Shown here: positions 35,361 through 43,612 of the stretch, one piece after another
Layout: the number at the start of each line of letters is the position of its first letter
How positions within the stretch are numbered: position 1 is the stretch's first letter
Source of the DNA: Candidatus Woesearchaeota archaeon
GTDB taxonomy: Archaea; Nanobdellota; Nanobdellia; Pacearchaeales; GW2011-AR1
Direction of reading: 5' to 3'
Assembly: GCA_964598635.1 (NCBI GenBank)
Contig: CAZRCO010000001.1
Location: 1-52,696, forward strand
DNA: 52,696 bases
The notes under the pieces: generated by a model
What the model was told of the DNA's origin: nothing
Seen by the model: the letters and a program-made list of their open reading frames with translations, nothing else
Databases searched by the model: none
Made by a program: the position numbers and the translations under genes

Positions 35361-36050
35361 TTATCCTGAAATAACAGTTCCTTTAAATTTCCTATTATTC
35401 AACAGATTGTCAAGCTGTTTTAAATCTTTTCCAAGTATATATGTTATAATTTCATTTTTTAATATAATAGCTGATGCTGTTTGATCTAATACGAAATGCT
35501 GTCCTGGTTTAAACTTTCCTCTATGTGTCATTTCAAAAAAATTTCTCCATGAAATTTTAGGTATAAATTTGGCATTTTTATACTTCAAAGGATTTCTATT
35601 ATACAATCCAGATACATTTGTCAAATTTATAAAATCTGTCTTGAAATGTTTTGCAAGTTCTGCAGATGTTGAGTCAGAAGTTTGCTTTGGTCTATACTCC
35701 AAGGCTCCGCAAAAAACAACATCCTGTTCTCTTATATCACTTTCAACTTTTTTGAGAGTATGAGGAATCCCTTGTTTTGGGTTTATTTTGAAAATATAAC
35801 TCATAAACCTAGCGTTCGTTCTTGTCGCACTAATGCCAGAAAAGCTCTGAAATTCCTCATTTAATCCTAATTTCCTTAATGCGTTAATATATTTTCGTGC
35901 AACACTTCCTCCACCGCAAACAATAATAAATTTGTGTTTTTTAGTATTTTTTAAAATAACTCTTTTAAATTCCTTAAGAAATTTCAAATCTATTTTTTCA
36001 GGAACAATCAAGCTTCCGCCCAAACTTAACACGATAAACCTCTTTTTCAT
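35361..36050 (-). CDS. pyrH: Amino-acid-kinase-fold enzyme, probably archaeal UMP kinase
   Basis: 229 aa. LSLGGSLIVP, IVCGGGSVARKYI and GISATRTNA. Confidence 0.55.
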   Translation of the reverse strand: MKKRFIVLSLGGSLIVPEKIDLKFLKEFKRVILKNTKKHKFIIVCGGGSVARKYINALRKLGLNEEFQSFSGISATRTNARFMSYIFKINPKQGIPHTLKKVESDIREQDVVFCGALEYRPKQTSDSTSAELAKHFKTDFINLTNVSGLYNRNPLKYKNAKFIPKISWRNFFEMTHRGKFKPGQHFVLDQTASAIILKNEIITYILGKDLKQLDNLLNNRKFKGTVISG

Positions 36051-36086
36051 AAAGAAAAAAGAACTTCCCGGTTTTTATATTTTCCT

Positions 36087-36368
36087 CTATTTAACTGTAA
36101 ATAACTTATTATTTCTCACGTCGAATACATCCAGCCTAACACCGGCATCCAACCATCCATGAGCATAATTCAAAGAAGCAAAGGAATTTACATAATCCCT
36201 GTCTTTCCGAAAATATTCTGCATCTGAGAGATAATTTGAAACCATATCAATTATTTCTTTAGCATATTTTTCCTTGCCTTTAATTACCTTTTTTTTAGCT
36301 TCCCTTAACGCAGCAAAAGTAATTTTAAAATACTTATTAAGTTTTTGTTTTGTTATCTTGTTTTCCAT
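36087..36368 (-). CDS. DUF357-like small helical protein
   Basis: YLSDAEYFRKDRDYVNSFASLNYAHGWLDAGVRL fits my memory of DUF357. Confidence 0.5.
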   Translation of the reverse strand: MENKITKQKLNKYFKITFAALREAKKKVIKGKEKYAKEIIDMVSNYLSDAEYFRKDRDYVNSFASLNYAHGWLDAGVRLDVFDVRNNKLFTVK

Positions 36369-36466
36369 TTTTATTTTACTATATAATTATAATTTTTAAC
36401 TTTATCTGTTAATTACTTGTCTGTATAACAAAAAAGCTTTTAAATTCTATTAAGTTTCAATATAAA

Positions 36467-36748
36467 ATGAAAAAAGAGTTTGGGCTGGGGCAAAATAAAA
36501 GGATTATTTGGATATTAATATCTGTTATAATAGCTCTCTCTTTATTATTAATTTATTTGCTTGCTATAAGACCTGCAATAAGTGGTTATATAATTAATGC
36601 ACAAAATCAAGGATATGCTGCTGCAGTAATTTCAATTATGCAACAAGCTGTAACTTGCCAGACAGTTCCATTAACTTTTGGAAATCAAACTATCAATTTA
36701 ATTGCTATTGAATGCCTCCAACAACCACAAGTTAATCTTCAAGGATAA
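36467..36748 (+). CDS. Small membrane-anchored protein
   Basis: 93 aa, one TM segment (IIWILISVIIALSLLLIYLLAI). Ends 35 nt upstream of paralog C. Confidence 0.4.
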   Translation: MKKEFGLGQNKRIIWILISVIIALSLLLIYLLAIRPAISGYIINAQNQGYAAAVISIMQQAVTCQTVPLTFGNQTINLIAIECLQQPQVNLQG

Positions 36749-36753
36749 AATAA

Positions 36754-36767
36754 TTTATAAATATAAA
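36754..36767 (+). promoter_or_regulatory. TATA-like box for paralog C (short or absent leader)
   Basis: TTTATAAATATAAA is centred about 24 nt upstream of the ATG at 36784. Similar TTTATAAA-type boxes sit 20-35 nt upstream of the ATGs of paralogs A, B and D. Confidence 0.35.
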
Positions 36768-36783
36768 ATTCTATCATAGATTA

Positions 36784-37917
36784 ATGAGTAAAAGAGGTAT
36801 TTCTGGAATTGTAGTTGCTTTGATACTGATTCTTTTGGCATTAGTTGCAGCAGGAATTATTTGGGTTGTTATAAGAAGTACTGTCTCTGAAGGAGTAGAA
36901 GAAGTTTCTTTGGGAAAATTCCTGATTGATTTAAACATAGAAAGGGCTTATATTGAAGGTAATAATCTCGTTGTAAATGTAAAGAGAAATCCAGGAGCAG
37001 GAGATTTAATTGCAATAAATTTTGTTGTCTCTGATGATTCAGAAACTGAAGTAGTCAGGCAGGATACAGACCTGAATGAATATGAAGGAAGAGAATTTAA
37101 TTTTACTTTACAAAATATAAATCTCAGTTCTATAAAAGAAATTTCTGTTGTCCCTGTTTATGTTTCCGGGGGTAAAGAAACTTTGGGAAGTATAACTGAT
37201 ACTTATAATGTAGGAGAAGAATCTCTTGAAGAAATTGAAGGAGATGGTATTGGTGAGACAGGAGGAACATGCACTGATGAAGAAACACAATCCTGTCCTT
37301 TCCAAAACGGAGTTTGTTCTGGTTCTTTACAAACATGTACTGGGGGAAGCTGGCCAGGATGTGATTATACTCCAATATCTGAATATGAATTGACAGAAAT
37401 AACTTGTAATGATGGTTTAGATAATGACTGTGATGGAAATACAGATACTGCAGACTCAAACTGCCAAATATCGGGATGTACCCCTGCTCCAGACCCAACA
37501 CTTCCCGGAATCTGTGGAGCAAGAGAATGTGGAAATGCTGAAAATGGAACTTGTGGAACAGTTAGTTGTGGGGATTGTCAACAATTATACGGTTCAGTAT
37601 ATATCTGCGATACAGACACAGGACAATGTGTTGTAGAAACTTCAGTTAATTCTGGAATCATTTATTCAGTTTGGCCTTCTGATGCTCCGAAATATCTTGA
37701 AAGTGAGAACTTGCCAAAATCCTCTGAAGGATACAATTATATTGGGTATTTTGTTAAATTCCCCGGCTCTGCTGAAACAGGTTGTATAATGATAACTTAT
37801 TTTGATTATCTGGCACAAAATGATAGAAGTTACATCAGGCTGGACAGAGTTGCTACAATAGCTTCCCCAGATAACTATGAAATATGGGCAACACAACAGG
37901 GATGCGAGGGAGTATAA
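36784..37917 (+). CDS. Type IV pilin-like surface protein, paralog C: class III signal peptide, stalk type 1, Cys-rich head
   Basis: MSKRG|ISGIVVALILILLALVAAGIIW. The stalk is similar to A (SLGKFLIDLNIERAY...). The head has about 18 Cys by my count and includes CNDGLDNDCDGNTDTADSNC. Confidence 0.7.
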   Translation: MSKRGISGIVVALILILLALVAAGIIWVVIRSTVSEGVEEVSLGKFLIDLNIERAYIEGNNLVVNVKRNPGAGDLIAINFVVSDDSETEVVRQDTDLNEYEGREFNFTLQNINLSSIKEISVVPVYVSGGKETLGSITDTYNVGEESLEEIEGDGIGETGGTCTDEETQSCPFQNGVCSGSLQTCTGGSWPGCDYTPISEYELTEITCNDGLDNDCDGNTDTADSNCQISGCTPAPDPTLPGICGARECGNAENGTCGTVSCGDCQQLYGSVYICDTDTGQCVVETSVNSGIIYSVWPSDAPKYLESENLPKSSEGYNYIGYFVKFPGSAETGCIMITYFDYLAQNDRSYIRLDRVATIASPDNYEIWATQQGCEGV

Positions 37918-37952
37918 CTAGTGCAAATTCTGATAAATTCTTAACAGAACTC

Positions 37953-38669
37953 TTAATAAATTCTTGTTTGAGGGAGAGGCATCATTTTCTTAATCACAAA
38001 CTTTGTCCCGATTACATCTGAAATTATTGCTGATAAAATTAATTTTCCAATTACTACTTTATAAATCCCAAAATCTATAGGGATTTTAGATACTTCAGAA
38101 AATTTATCTATTATTTCATCAATTTCTTCTCTATTAAGTATTATATTTGTAGGCTTAACCCCCATTGAGCCTATAACAACAATTCTTTTTTCAGGACCAT
38201 TGCACTCTATGGTTTTCACCGCAGGGTCTTTTATTAAAGGGTTCAATTTACCTAAATCTACTTGTCTCTCACCAGGAACTGGTCTAAGATACTGAAATTC
38301 AGGAGGAAGTTTTGGTTCTGGTATTCTTAAAACATAATCTGGTCTTATTTTTAATGGTGGTCTTGGAATTACTTTTGGGGTAATTTCTCGTCTCAGGGGC
38401 TTTGAAATAAGTGATGTTGTGGGTATCGTAGGCATTGAGATAAGGGGCTTTGATATGGGCATTGATGGTGTTGAAGGAAGTAATTTTGAGATTGGTGGTT
38501 TTCCGATTTCCCCTTCTTTCCTAATACCTTCTCTAACCTCTCTTTCTAAAGTTTTTTTTAATTCCAGAATTCTCCCTTCTCCTGAATTTTTGATTAATTC
38601 TTTTGTAAACGTTATTAGAAAAAAGGCTCTTTTTTCTTGGGATTCCAAATCCAAAGATTGTTTTGCCAT
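37953..38669 (-). CDS. Proline-rich protein ending in a FlaI/PilB/VirB11-type secretion-ATPase N-terminal domain, with no ATPase domain
   Basis: The C-terminal 90 or so aa, DPAVKTIECNGPEKRIVVIGSMGVKPTNIILNREEIDEIIDKFSEVSKIPIDFGIYKVVIGKLILSAIISDVIGTKFVIKKM, align by eye with the conserved D-P-x-[VL]-x-D-I-x-x-N-G...T-N...E-E...F-x-I-R-K block that precedes the Walker A domain in this ATPase family. The ORF stops 11 aa later. Confidence 0.45.
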   Translation of the reverse strand: MAKQSLDLESQEKRAFFLITFTKELIKNSGEGRILELKKTLEREVREGIRKEGEIGKPPISKLLPSTPSMPISKPLISMPTIPTTSLISKPLRREITPKVIPRPPLKIRPDYVLRIPEPKLPPEFQYLRPVPGERQVDLGKLNPLIKDPAVKTIECNGPEKRIVVIGSMGVKPTNIILNREEIDEIIDKFSEVSKIPIDFGIYKVVIGKLILSAIISDVIGTKFVIKKMMPLPQTRIY

Positions 38670-38671
38670 TT

Positions 38672-39193
38672 TTAATAAACTCTTTCTTGTTCGAATTCTT
38701 CTGGAGAAGAAATAGACTTTTGATATTCTTCTGAACTAACTTCTTTACCCTGACTTTGAGGAATTCTTTGTTTTGATTGAACTGTGGTTGGTATCCCCCT
38801 CATTTCTGTTCCTGTTCTGGTCTCCGCCCCTGTAACTGTTCTTTGATTCGTCTCATGCAACAATGTCAGACCTCTCGAAATAATTTTATTTTGTTCCAGA
38901 AGATTATCCAGTTTTTTCTCAATCTCTTTACTTCCCATTCCTGACTTTTCTGAAAAATCTTTTTTCATAATTGTTTTGGCAGAAAATTCAAATAATTCAA
39001 GCAACTTGGATATTTGCTTGCTAAGTTCTTCAAACTTTAAGGACAAATTTGTCATTACTTTCTGCATAGAAACAAAATTTTCGATGAGGATTCTTTCGGT
39101 GTTTCTATTCTTTTTTGAAAGTGAAGATTTACTTGCACTTCGCCCGGTTTTTGAGCCCTTTTTTGAACTTTTTTTTGAACCCCTTTTCACCAT
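38672..39193 (-). CDS. Hypothetical coiled-coil protein with basic N-terminus
   Basis: 173 aa, MVKRGSKKSSKKGSKTGRSASK..., then heptad-like segments. Ends 2 nt before the next ORF. Confidence 0.45.
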   Translation of the reverse strand: MVKRGSKKSSKKGSKTGRSASKSSLSKKNRNTERILIENFVSMQKVMTNLSLKFEELSKQISKLLELFEFSAKTIMKKDFSEKSGMGSKEIEKKLDNLLEQNKIISRGLTLLHETNQRTVTGAETRTGTEMRGIPTTVQSKQRIPQSQGKEVSSEEYQKSISSPEEFEQERVY

Positions 39194-39250
39194 ATTTTAA
39201 ATAAAGCATAGTTATTTATAAATTTTTAGAATTGCTTAAAAAAGAATTGT

Positions 39251-41758
39251 TTAGAAAATGTCTAAAACTTTTTCATCATTACCTGCTTCTGAATATGCAT
39301 ATTTGTTTTCTTCAGATTCTGTTTCTTCACTTTCCTGGAAATTTTCAAGAGGAAGAGACTCTGTTACAATCTTTTCTTCTTTATTTCCCTCAGGAGTTAA
39401 ATTCTCGGTTTTTGTAGATTCTGAAGGCAAAGACTTTAATGGACCTTTATCATTTCCTCCCTCCAAATTTTTCTCCAAATCTCTGGTGTAATTAGCTATA
39501 TCTGCTGCCATATCTGCATTAACACTTATGCTATCAATTCCTCTTTCAACTAAAAATTTAACCATATCTTTTCTACTTCCTGCCTGTCCGCAGATACTTG
39601 TCTCAACATTATATCTCTTACATATTCTTATTACGTATTCCAATTGATATAAAATTGCGGGATTCATTTCGTCATATAAACTCTGCACTTCCTCATTCCC
39701 CCTATCAACAGCCAGAGTATATTGAGTTAGATCATTAGTTCCAAAAGATACAAAATCTATTCCTTCATCACACAAATCTTTTATTAATTGAACAGATGCC
39801 GGAGTCTCTATCATCACTCCCACTTTTGCTCTTGGAAAATCTATTTTTTTCAAAAATTCTTTTACTTTTTTAACTTCATCAACAGCAATAATCTGCGGCA
39901 ACAATAAACCAATTTCCTTGTTCTGTTTTGAGATTCTTTTTAATGCCTTAAGCTCTGCACTTAATATTTCTGGTTTTTTTATGCCTGCTCTAATACCATG
40001 CATTCCTAACATTGGATTTATTTCAACTTTTTTCGGAGCTCCTTCCAAATTCTTAAATTCATCACTTCTAATATCTGAAGTTCTAACCCACAAACTGTCA
40101 AAAAATTTAGAAATTTCACTTACTCCTTTGTAAATTATTTCTTCATAGTCTCCAATTTTATTTTTTGCCAGAAAATAATTTGGATGCTTTCCTGATTCAG
40201 CAATAATTCCCTCAATTCTTAATAATCCAACTTCTTTTATATCTGATTTAGCAGCTCTTTTTGCAAAACTTGGTAAGTCAATTATAACTTTTATTTTGGT
40301 TTTTGTTTTCACGTTTACCGGCAAAACTTCTTTTTTCTCTGATTCTGCAATTTTTCCTTTGTATACTTTTCCTGTATATCCATCCACAGTTATTACTTCT
40401 CCCTCTTTTAATTTCATTGTAGCTTCTTTGGTTCCGACAATAGCAGGAATTCCCATCTCCCTGGAAACAATCGCAGCATGTGCTGTAAGCCCCCCTTCAT
40501 CTGTTACAATAGCAACAGACTTTTGCATTGTAACAACCATGTCTGGATTTGTCATCTTAGTTACCAATACATCCCCCTCACCAACTTTCCCCAAATCTCC
40601 TAAATCCAAAACAATTTTTACTTTCCCAGAACCAATTCCGGGAGAAGCACCAAGTCCCTTTAATATAATCTCTCCTTTAATTTCTCCTATAGACTCTTTC
40701 TCAACTCTTTTTTCAAGAGTTGTTATTGCCCTGGTTTGGACAATATAAATCCCTTCGCCTTCAATTGCAAATTCTATATCCTGGGGTTTTTTGTAGTGTT
40801 CTTCTAATTTCAGTGCAAACTCAGCAAGCTTATTTATCTCAAATTCCTTTAATACCTGTAAATGAGACTTTTCCTCAGGCAGTTTTATCTCAATTTTTTT
40901 TCCTCCAGGGTCTTTTGTTATAGCAATTTTTTTGTCTGCGATTTCTTTTTCAAGTATTTCAAAATCTTTTGACACTATATATCTATCAGGACTGATTCTG
41001 CCAGAAACAATACCCTCTCCCAAACCAAAAACAGCTTCAATTATTATATTATCATTTTTAAAAGACGGATCTTTTGAAAAAATAACCCCTGACTTATCCG
41101 AATCAACCATTTTTTGAACTACAACTGCAAGCCCTGCATCATGCTTAAATCCTTTCTTCTGTCTGTAATATGTCGCACGGGCAGTGAATAAAGATGCAAA
41201 ACATTCTTTTATTTTCAATAGTAGCTCTTCATTACCATGCACATTTAGAAAAGTTTCCTGCTGTCCTGCAAAACTTGCATCTTCTAAATCTTCTGTTGTT
41301 GCACTGCTCCTAACAGCAACAAAATTATATTCTGACTTTTTTTCAATGATATCCAAAGCTGTCCTTTCTTTTTCCTCTCCGCCAGAATCTTCAATATCCA
41401 GATTTTCGTAAGATTCAATAATCTCCTCTTCCAAATCTTTAGGCAGTTTTGAATTTACTATCAGTTGTCTAATTTGTTTTGTAGTATTTTCCAACTTTTT
41501 GGTATTTTCATAATTTATTTTTTCAAGAAGTTCCTTAATTTTTCCCTGTACACCGGATTTTTCTATAAAATAATTATATGCCTGAACTGTAACAACAAAA
41601 CCAGGGGGGACAGGAATTTTTAGATTATAAATCTCCCCTAAATTAGCTCCTTTTCCTCCAACAATGTTACCAGAATTCCTGTTCAGTTCAGAAAACCACT
41701 TAATAAAATCTTTCCTTTCACTTCCCCCTTTTTCACCAGCCTCTTTTTTCTCTGGCAT
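39251..41758 (-). CDS. ppsA: Phosphoenolpyruvate synthase (pyruvate, water dikinase) with acidic C-terminal tail
   Basis: GGKGANLGE (ATP-grasp N-domain), phospho-His domain GGLTAHAAIVSREMGIPAIVGT, and PEP-utilising TIM barrel FVSFGTNDLTQYTLAVDR. Confidence 0.9.
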   Translation of the reverse strand: MPEKKEAGEKGGSERKDFIKWFSELNRNSGNIVGGKGANLGEIYNLKIPVPPGFVVTVQAYNYFIEKSGVQGKIKELLEKINYENTKKLENTTKQIRQLIVNSKLPKDLEEEIIESYENLDIEDSGGEEKERTALDIIEKKSEYNFVAVRSSATTEDLEDASFAGQQETFLNVHGNEELLLKIKECFASLFTARATYYRQKKGFKHDAGLAVVVQKMVDSDKSGVIFSKDPSFKNDNIIIEAVFGLGEGIVSGRISPDRYIVSKDFEILEKEIADKKIAITKDPGGKKIEIKLPEEKSHLQVLKEFEINKLAEFALKLEEHYKKPQDIEFAIEGEGIYIVQTRAITTLEKRVEKESIGEIKGEIILKGLGASPGIGSGKVKIVLDLGDLGKVGEGDVLVTKMTNPDMVVTMQKSVAIVTDEGGLTAHAAIVSREMGIPAIVGTKEATMKLKEGEVITVDGYTGKVYKGKIAESEKKEVLPVNVKTKTKIKVIIDLPSFAKRAAKSDIKEVGLLRIEGIIAESGKHPNYFLAKNKIGDYEEIIYKGVSEISKFFDSLWVRTSDIRSDEFKNLEGAPKKVEINPMLGMHGIRAGIKKPEILSAELKALKRISKQNKEIGLLLPQIIAVDEVKKVKEFLKKIDFPRAKVGVMIETPASVQLIKDLCDEGIDFVSFGTNDLTQYTLAVDRGNEEVQSLYDEMNPAILYQLEYVIRICKRYNVETSICGQAGSRKDMVKFLVERGIDSISVNADMAADIANYTRDLEKNLEGGNDKGPLKSLPSESTKTENLTPEGNKEEKIVTESLPLENFQESEETESEENKYAYSEAGNDEKVLDIF

Positions 41759-41842
41759 GTTAAAAAAGAAATTATAAAAGTTAATAAAGGTTTTTGTTAA
41801 CTTTTTTGTTAATTCAAAAGAACGATTATTTTCTGGATAAAA

Positions 41843-42964
41843 TTAACTTAAATCTAAATTATAGAGTCCTTTAACTTGTTGTTCCATGAGGGCTTTATTA
41901 AAAATCATTACTTCATCTATCTGGCCTTTAAAATAACCTTTTCCTGTAGGGCAACCGCTGTTAACTCCTCCCCCAATCTTTACATTTTCACTATTTGTAA
42001 TAACTAAGTTTCCACTAGTAATATCCTGCGAATCAAGTTCCCCATCAATATATGTTTTTTGTTCAGATGTATTAATATCATAACTAAAGGCTAAATGTTT
42101 CCATTCATCAGCAGAAGCTGGTGAATCAGTCCATAATCTATATGTGTCATCTTCTAATTTTAGAGTAAAACCAACTTTCCCTTGGGGACTCCAATCAGCT
42201 TCCCAGATTAAATGATATACTCCCCAATCTCCTTTGTTTAATAAATATCTCCAATTATTATTGTCATTACAATCCATTCCAGAACTTGGCTTTATCCACA
42301 TAACAAGAGTAATCCCTTCTCTAATGTCCAAACTTTGGTCATTTCCTACATCTACATAATCATCATTCCCGTCAAAATTTGCAGCTTGACCAAAATTACT
42401 ATCAATAAAACCTATACCCCCTTGCGTTGTCCCATGATTTCCTCCAATTTCATCGCTTGAATCTCCGTCAAACTTCCACCAAGAGACAGCTCCTAAATTC
42501 TCTAAAATTTGCTTGGTTGAAAACTCTTCTTTATCTGCTTCTCTTCCAAATTCTTCCTTTCCACTTTCAGAAGTGACTCCAGGAGCAATTAAAATTTCTT
42601 TAACAAATGCTATATCCCCAAGTTCAGAATAAGAAATAGTAAAAGTTTCATATTCAAGCTCTTTTAATGTTGTTTCTTTTTTGATTGTCTTGCTCTTTTC
42701 ACCATCAGAAATAATAAAAGCTATTGAAGTCATCTCGGTATCTTCACTTCCTGACCCTCTTTTTACTGTAACCTTCACATCACCATTATCTTCGGTTTTA
42801 ACTTTTTGTATTTGCAAATCCAGAAAAAAACTCCCTAAAGAAACCTTTTCTGTTTCTTTTGTAAGAATATTTTTGATAACTGCCCAAACAATTCCTGCAG
42901 CAACCAATGAAAGCAAAATTAATATTAAAGCTACTATAATTCCAGAAATACCTCTTTTATACAT
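41843..42964 (-). CDS. Type IV pilin-like surface protein, paralog D: class III signal peptide, stalk type 2, LamG/concanavalin-like head
   Basis: MYKRG|ISGIIVALILILLSLVAAGIVW. The stalk IAFIISDGEKSKTIKKETTLKELEYETFTIS...SESGKEEFGREADK is almost the same as B. The head reads AVSWWKFDGDSSDEIGGNHGTTQGG...FDGNDDYV...WKHLAFSYD...IDEVMIFNKAL (LamG pattern). Confidence 0.7.
   Translation of the reverse strand: MYKRGISGIIVALILILLSLVAAGIVWAVIKNILTKETEKVSLGSFFLDLQIQKVKTEDNGDVKVTVKRGSGSEDTEMTSIAFIISDGEKSKTIKKETTLKELEYETFTISYSELGDIAFVKEILIAPGVTSESGKEEFGREADKEEFSTKQILENLGAVSWWKFDGDSSDEIGGNHGTTQGGIGFIDSNFGQAANFDGNDDYVDVGNDQSLDIREGITLVMWIKPSSGMDCNDNNNWRYLLNKGDWGVYHLIWEADWSPQGKVGFTLKLEDDTYRLWTDSPASADEWKHLAFSYDINTSEQKTYIDGELDSQDITSGNLVITNSENVKIGGGVNSGCPTGKGYFKGQIDEVMIFNKALMEQQVKGLYNLDLS
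42530..42964 (-). repeat. Inverted copy of the signal-peptide plus stalk type 2 module (partner 34291..34722)
   Basis: See the partner feature. It also shares an 84-nt perfect run with paralog A (29456..29539). Confidence 0.8.
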
Positions 42965-43036
42965 ACCTTTTTATAAGAGATTAAAGTTTATAAAATTATT
43001 AGTTAGTTTTATAAATTCATTTTTATTTTATTTATC

Positions 43037-43588
43037 ATGGCATTATTATGGGTATTAATTTTGGTTGCTGCATTAATAGTCCTAATATTTTTTATTTATT
43101 TCAACAGGTTTGCTATCCTAGGAAATAGGATTGATAACTCATTAAGCCAGATTAATGTGCAGTTAAAAAGAAGGGCAGATTTGATTCCTAATTTAATTGA
43201 GACTGTGAAAGGCTTTGCAAAACATGAAAAAGCTGCAATAAAAGAAGTTACAGATGCAAGAAAAGCTCTTGTTTCTGCCACAGGAATTGAAAAGAAAGTT
43301 AAAGCTGATGAAAGGCTTGAATCTGCATTAAAAACAATTTTTGCAATTGCAGAAAACTATCCTGATTTGAAAGCAAATCAGAATTTCCTCGAATTACAGC
43401 GGGAATTATCAGCAACAGAAGATAAAATTGCATATGCAAGGCAATATTATAATGACAGTATTTTAACTTATAATAATTTATGCAAAACATACCCCGGAGC
43501 ATTTTTTGCAAAGTTATATGGCAAAAAACCAAAAGAATATTTACAAATAGCAGAATCTGAAAAAAAACCGGTAAAGGTTAAATTTTAA
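43037..43588 (+). CDS. lemA: LemA family protein
   Basis: N-terminal TM segment, QLKRRADLIPNLIETVKGFAKHEK, and YYNDSILTYNN. Confidence 0.85.
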   Translation: MALLWVLILVAALIVLIFFIYFNRFAILGNRIDNSLSQINVQLKRRADLIPNLIETVKGFAKHEKAAIKEVTDARKALVSATGIEKKVKADERLESALKTIFAIAENYPDLKANQNFLELQRELSATEDKIAYARQYYNDSILTYNNLCKTYPGAFFAKLYGKKPKEYLQIAESEKKPVKVKF

Positions 43589-43612
43589 ATAATAATTTCA
43601 CTACAGCTTTCT

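Noticed and set aside
29423-42964. A diversity-generating retroelement or other templated hypermutation as the source of head-domain variability in the pilin-like family
   Set aside because: The window has no reverse transcriptase ORF and no template/variable repeat pair with adenine-specific mismatches. The heads differ by whole-domain replacement rather than by point variation.
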